IMG/VR virus record: IMGVR_UViG_3300036770_002122
Span: 29,198 to 93,197 of that record
Source: a virus
Reading direction: 5' to 3' (one strand)
Length of the DNA: 64,000 bases
Part shown: piece by piece, positions 60,330 to 64,000 of the stretch
Layout: each line of letters begins with the position of its first letter
How positions within the stretch are numbered: the first letter of the stretch is position 1
Notes under the pieces: generated by a model
Databases searched by the model: none
Told to the model about the DNA's origin: nothing
The model's input: only the letters and a program-made list of their open reading frames with translations
Translations under genes and position numbers: made by a program

Positions 60330-60548
60330 ATGAATCACAAACCTAAACAACTCACTAAAAAAGTTTATGAAATTGCCCTCAATGCAGGGGGCAGTTTTTA
60401 CCCCGAAGTCAATACTGACACACTACAAAGATTTGCCGAAGGCATTATAGAAGAATGCGCTAAAGTTGCTGCTAGCGACCATCACTATCCTTACAAAGAT
60501 TTCGGTGACAAGATTCGCGCACATTTTGGACTAAAGGATTACGTATGA
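60330..60548 (+). CDS. Small early hypothetical protein
   Basis: FAE.IIEECA..IRAHFG pattern. Confidence 0.7.
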   Translation: MNHKPKQLTKKVYEIALNAGGSFYPEVNTDTLQRFAEGIIEECAKVAASDHHYPYKDFGDKIRAHFGLKDYV

Positions 60549-60748
60549 CAACTATTATTGCTGAACCAGAATTCAAATTCAAAGTAGGCGACTTTGTTCG
60601 CAAAGTTGGCGGCAGTTATCAAGCCGATGGCTTTATTGTAGGCATCGCTGTGACTACAATGGGTCAGGTACGATATGTATTTGAGTTTGAAACATTTCCG
60701 GGCATGTTACATATCTTCAACGAGAGTCAGTTAGAAAAGAAATTATGA
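60545..60748 (+). CDS. SH3-fold protein resembling R67/DfrB dihydrofolate reductase
   Basis: FKVGDFVRK.GG...G.IVG...T....Y..E.E..PG.LHIF....LE. Confidence 0.55.
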   Translation: MTTIIAEPEFKFKVGDFVRKVGGSYQADGFIVGIAVTTMGQVRYVFEFETFPGMLHIFNESQLEKKL

Positions 60749-60849
60749 AAAATTTGCTTCAATATAAAGTAAAATATAAAACTTTTGTAGTAATTATCTT
60801 ATCAATAACCTTGCTATTAGGACTATTAGTGTATGTTAGTCAGGCCTAA
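60745..60849 (+). CDS. 34-aa single-TM peptide missing from the ORF track
   Basis: ATGA overlap; KTFVVIILSITLLLGLLVYV. Confidence 0.45.
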   Translation: MKNLLQYKVKYKTFVVIILSITLLLGLLVYVSQA

Positions 60850-61003
60850 GCCAGAGTGGGACGATCTTGATATCTATGATCGTGAGGCTGCTGAAATACG
60901 CAGGGCTTTGCGTCAAATTGATTTAGAACAATGGGTACAAGATTTATCTACACTTGACCCTGAATTGTTTAGTCAACTAAAACATAAACTAAACAAATAC
61001 TGA
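60833..61003 (+). CDS. 56-aa protein missing from the ORF track
   Basis: MLVRPKPEWDDLDIYDREAAEIRR...; AGGA upstream. Confidence 0.55.
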   Translation: MLVRPKPEWDDLDIYDREAAEIRRALRQIDLEQWVQDLSTLDPELFSQLKHKLNKY

Positions 61004-61137
61004 TATATTTCATATCCATATTATCATAAATATTACTATATAAAAGTCTATCCTAACTAATAAAAATAATAAGGGATAGCATTGAGTCGTTGCTGGATCC
61101 ATAACTGGGCGAAGCGAAGGCGTATAGGAATATTACA

Positions 61138-62685
61138 ATGAATCTATCCAAGAAGTTCGTTGTCTGGGCTATGATAAGCCTCGGCACAATTTCCGTTGCC
61201 TATGGTCAGGCTACAGAAACTATTAGTACAGTAACAACTACTAATACAACTACCACAACCAACACAAATAACAATACAAATACCACAACGGAAACAACAA
61301 ACAATACCAATACAAATACAAATGTGAATACTACCACTAGTACAACAACTAGTGATAATACCAACACAAATTTCAATACAAATACTAGTACTAATACCAA
61401 TACTAACACTAATACGAATGTGAATACCAACACAACTACTAGTGATAACACAAATACTAATTTCAATACAAATACTAGTACCAACACAAACACTAATACT
61501 AATGTGAACACAAACACAAGTACTAGTGACAATACTAATACTAACTTCAATACTAGTACTAGTACCAATACTAACACCAATGTGAATACAAATAACACTA
61601 CTAGTGATAATACTAATACTAATTTCAATACGAATAATACTACTAGTACAAACACTAATAATAATACAAACAACACAACGGTCAATAGTACAAATACTAA
61701 TACTAACAATAACAACAATGTGAATACTAGTACCAGTACTAATACTAACAATAACACAAACAACAACACAAATACCAACTATAATATCAATAGTGGTACA
61801 CAGACATTCAACAATAATAACAATACAACTAGTAACAATACCAATACCAATTTGAACACAAACAATACTACAATCAATAGTAATAATGTGAACACAAATA
61901 ACAATACTAGTACAGTTACTAGCAACAATACCAACACAAATAACAGCACGATCAATAGCAACAACACAAATAATAACAACAATGTGTCGGTATCAACAAA
62001 CACTAATAATAACAATAGTGTAAGCACAAATACAAACAATAATAACAATGTCAATACCACTACTAGCAACAACACTAATGTCAATAAAAATGAAAGTGTT
62101 TCAACTAGTAACAATAATAATGTCAATGTCAGCACAAGCACAGCAGTGAACAAAAACGAGAATGTGAACAAGAGCGAAAGCACTAGTCAAAGCAATGTAA
62201 AGACAGAAAACACAAACACAAACATCAACCGTAATGAAAACATCACAAAGGTAGAGCAAGAAATCAAGGCTCCACCAGCAAGTGCTATCGCTCCAATGAT
62301 CAGCACATATAGCCAAGATGTTTGCGTGAGTGGTGTCAGCGGTGCTGTTCAGACACAAGTTATTGGTATGAGCGCAGGTAAGGCTGTGCGTGACATGAAC
62401 TGCGAACGCTTGAAGTTATCCAAAACTCTTTACGATATGGGTATGAAAGTAGCAGCAGTTTCACTAATGTGCCAAGATGAGCGTGTATTCAAGGCTATGG
62501 AAATGGCAGGTACACCTTGCCCATATATGGGTAAAATTGGTAAGGACGCCACACAACAGTGGACTGAAAATAAACAAGAACGTCCAGATCAAAAGAAAGG
62601 TTGGTTCCGTAGTATTTTCGGCAGTAATGACGAGACTAAAGCAGAAAATACAGAAGAGATGCCACTAGCGGATCCAGTAGGATGA
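61138..62685 (+). CDS. Secreted Asn/Thr-rich repeat protein with Cys-containing C-terminal domain
   Basis: Signal peptide ..SVAYG|Q; about 340 aa of TN/NN repeats; PPASAIAP..C..NCERLKLSK..CQDERV..GTPCP. Confidence 0.8.
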   Translation: MNLSKKFVVWAMISLGTISVAYGQATETISTVTTTNTTTTTNTNNNTNTTTETTNNTNTNTNVNTTTSTTTSDNTNTNFNTNTSTNTNTNTNTNVNTNTTTSDNTNTNFNTNTSTNTNTNTNVNTNTSTSDNTNTNFNTSTSTNTNTNVNTNNTTSDNTNTNFNTNNTTSTNTNNNTNNTTVNSTNTNTNNNNNVNTSTSTNTNNNTNNNTNTNYNINSGTQTFNNNNNTTSNNTNTNLNTNNTTINSNNVNTNNNTSTVTSNNTNTNNSTINSNNTNNNNNVSVSTNTNNNNSVSTNTNNNNNVNTTTSNNTNVNKNESVSTSNNNNVNVSTSTAVNKNENVNKSESTSQSNVKTENTNTNINRNENITKVEQEIKAPPASAIAPMISTYSQDVCVSGVSGAVQTQVIGMSAGKAVRDMNCERLKLSKTLYDMGMKVAAVSLMCQDERVFKAMEMAGTPCPYMGKIGKDATQQWTENKQERPDQKKGWFRSIFGSNDETKAENTEEMPLADPVG

Positions 62686-64000
62686 AAAAACTACTAGCAA
62701 CTTTATTATTGCTAGTAGTATATCCTGCATACAGCCAGGACTATACCGTCACACCTGTCGAGGTCAAGCCACCATTACAAAACTTATACGAGACTGGTGG
62801 CACTAACCTAAATCTTGCTGATGACGGTATTGCCACAAACATCAATATAGGCTTTGATTTTGAGTTTTATGGTACTAAGTTCAATGATCTCAATATCAGT
62901 AATAATGGGTTCATCACATTTGATGGATTGAATAGTATGTGCTGCCAGGGTAATCAATTGCCATCGTTTGGTATGGACAATAGTATAAGCGCATTATGGA
63001 CTGATCTCATTAGTGTAGATGGTAAAAACCCATATTACAAGTCATATATTTTAGATGGTCAAAATGTATTTACAGTTGGTTGGTATAACACACTTGAGTT
63101 TTATGATACTAATGCACTAAACACTTTTGAGATTACATTGTTTGAAGGTACCAATAACATATTATTCAACTATGGTGATGTGAATGTATTTGCTCATACA
63201 TTTACTATAGGCATACAAGGTACAGAAGGACAGTTTGAGCAAATTTACACAGGAACAAATAGCAATCAGTTTGATAATACAGCATATTTGTTTACATATA
63301 CACCTCCTGAACCTGAAGTATTAGCACCTGATTGTACTGTAAACCCAAGTAATACAAGTTGTATCATACAAAGTATCACTACTACACCAACAGAAACATA
63401 TGTAGCAGAAACTAACAATACAATAGAGCAACCAACGTTTACAGAAGAACAACAAACACAAACAGAACCAACTGTTGTTGCCGATACTGGACCAACTGTG
63501 ATAGGTGGCGAAGCATTATCATTAGAAGAGTTATTATCTATTGCTGATAGTGCTACTGCTGATGAAGAAAAAGAAGAAAAAGAAAAAGAATTGGCAGATA
63601 GCATCACAGCGAATATATTAGAACAAGTATTGGCTACCAACACAACTGAAACAGAACAGCGTAGAGATAGAGATAATAATTCTAGTGTTGAAGAAGAAAC
63701 ATTAGCAATAGTTAGCAATACAACTACAATAGTTGAAGAAACTATAGAAAATACTACTGATGTGGATAATACAACAGAAACAACAAGTAGTGAAAATATA
63801 TTGGTTGATAATGATACAAACACAGAAGTATTAGGTGAAACAGTGTTTGAAACTGTAGTAGTTGAAAATACTATTGAAACAGTTGAACCTGTAGAAAGTC
63901 AAAACATAGAAATTGAAAATAATACAGATGATAATGAAACATTAGTAGCAGAAATGTTACCAACTACTACAAATGAAATAGAAATTGAACAAACTATTGA
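62682..64000 (+). CDS. Secreted NIDO-like domain protein with acidic Thr/Glu-rich stalk; runs off the window
   Basis: ATGA overlap; MKKLLATLLLL..AYS|Q; NIGFDFEFYG...ISNNGFITF...ALWTDL...FTVGWY...NTFEITL; no stop before 64000. Confidence 0.75.
   Translation, partial: MKKLLATLLLLVVYPAYSQDYTVTPVEVKPPLQNLYETGGTNLNLADDGIATNINIGFDFEFYGTKFNDLNISNNGFITFDGLNSMCCQGNQLPSFGMDNSISALWTDLISVDGKNPYYKSYILDGQNVFTVGWYNTLEFYDTNALNTFEITLFEGTNNILFNYGDVNVFAHTFTIGIQGTEGQFEQIYTGTNSNQFDNTAYLFTYTPPEPEVLAPDCTVNPSNTSCIIQSITTTPTETYVAETNNTIEQPTFTEEQQTQTEPTVVADTGPTVIGGEALSLEELLSIADSATADEEKEEKEKELADSITANILEQVLATNTTETEQRRDRDNNSSVEEETLAIVSNTTTIVEETIENTTDVDNTTETTSSENILVDNDTNTEVLGETVFETVVVENTIETVEPVESQNIEIENNTDDNETLVAEMLPTTTNEIEIEQTI

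Noticed and set aside
61206-62183. Long Val/Leu-rich minus-strand ORFs (also 63266-63823)
   Set aside because: Antisense shadows of low-complexity Asn/Thr and Glu/Thr codons; no RBS or promoter.

Overview
A 64-kb, AT-rich, densely coding segment of a large T4-like (jumbo-type) myovirus genome read in the standard code. It carries virion genes (neck gp13/gp14, tail terminator gp15, sheath gp18, tube gp19, head completion gp4, baseplate and fibre proteins) and replication genes (gp41-like helicase end, clamp loader, a free-standing DnaE fragment, exonuclease, dNMP kinase). It also carries host-type stress and proteostasis genes (IscA, MazG-like, Nudix, PhoH, GroES, DnaJ, ClpA, Dps) and one HNH homing endonuclease. 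Two promoter classes are visible: sigma70-type TTGACA-N17-TATAAT and T4-late-type (T)ATAAATA. Many of both sit 4-9 nt before an SD-less ATG (inferred leaderless mRNAs), and several late promoters are built into hairpins that pair with the downstream RBS/ATG. The best candidate for an undescribed system is a set of apparent head-packaged cargo proteins (25.0-30.6 kb and 52-59.7 kb). They have capsid-targeting-like N-termini and bodies divided by (L/I/V/M)-x-E prohead-protease-like sites into unrelated modules: TonB-box-like motifs, a circularly permuted LysM plus lysozyme-like domain, basic two-Cys peptides, a kinase and a methyltransferase. No tRNA, rRNA, CRISPR array or reverse transcriptase was seen. 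All protein calls come from motif recognition by eye; no searches were run.
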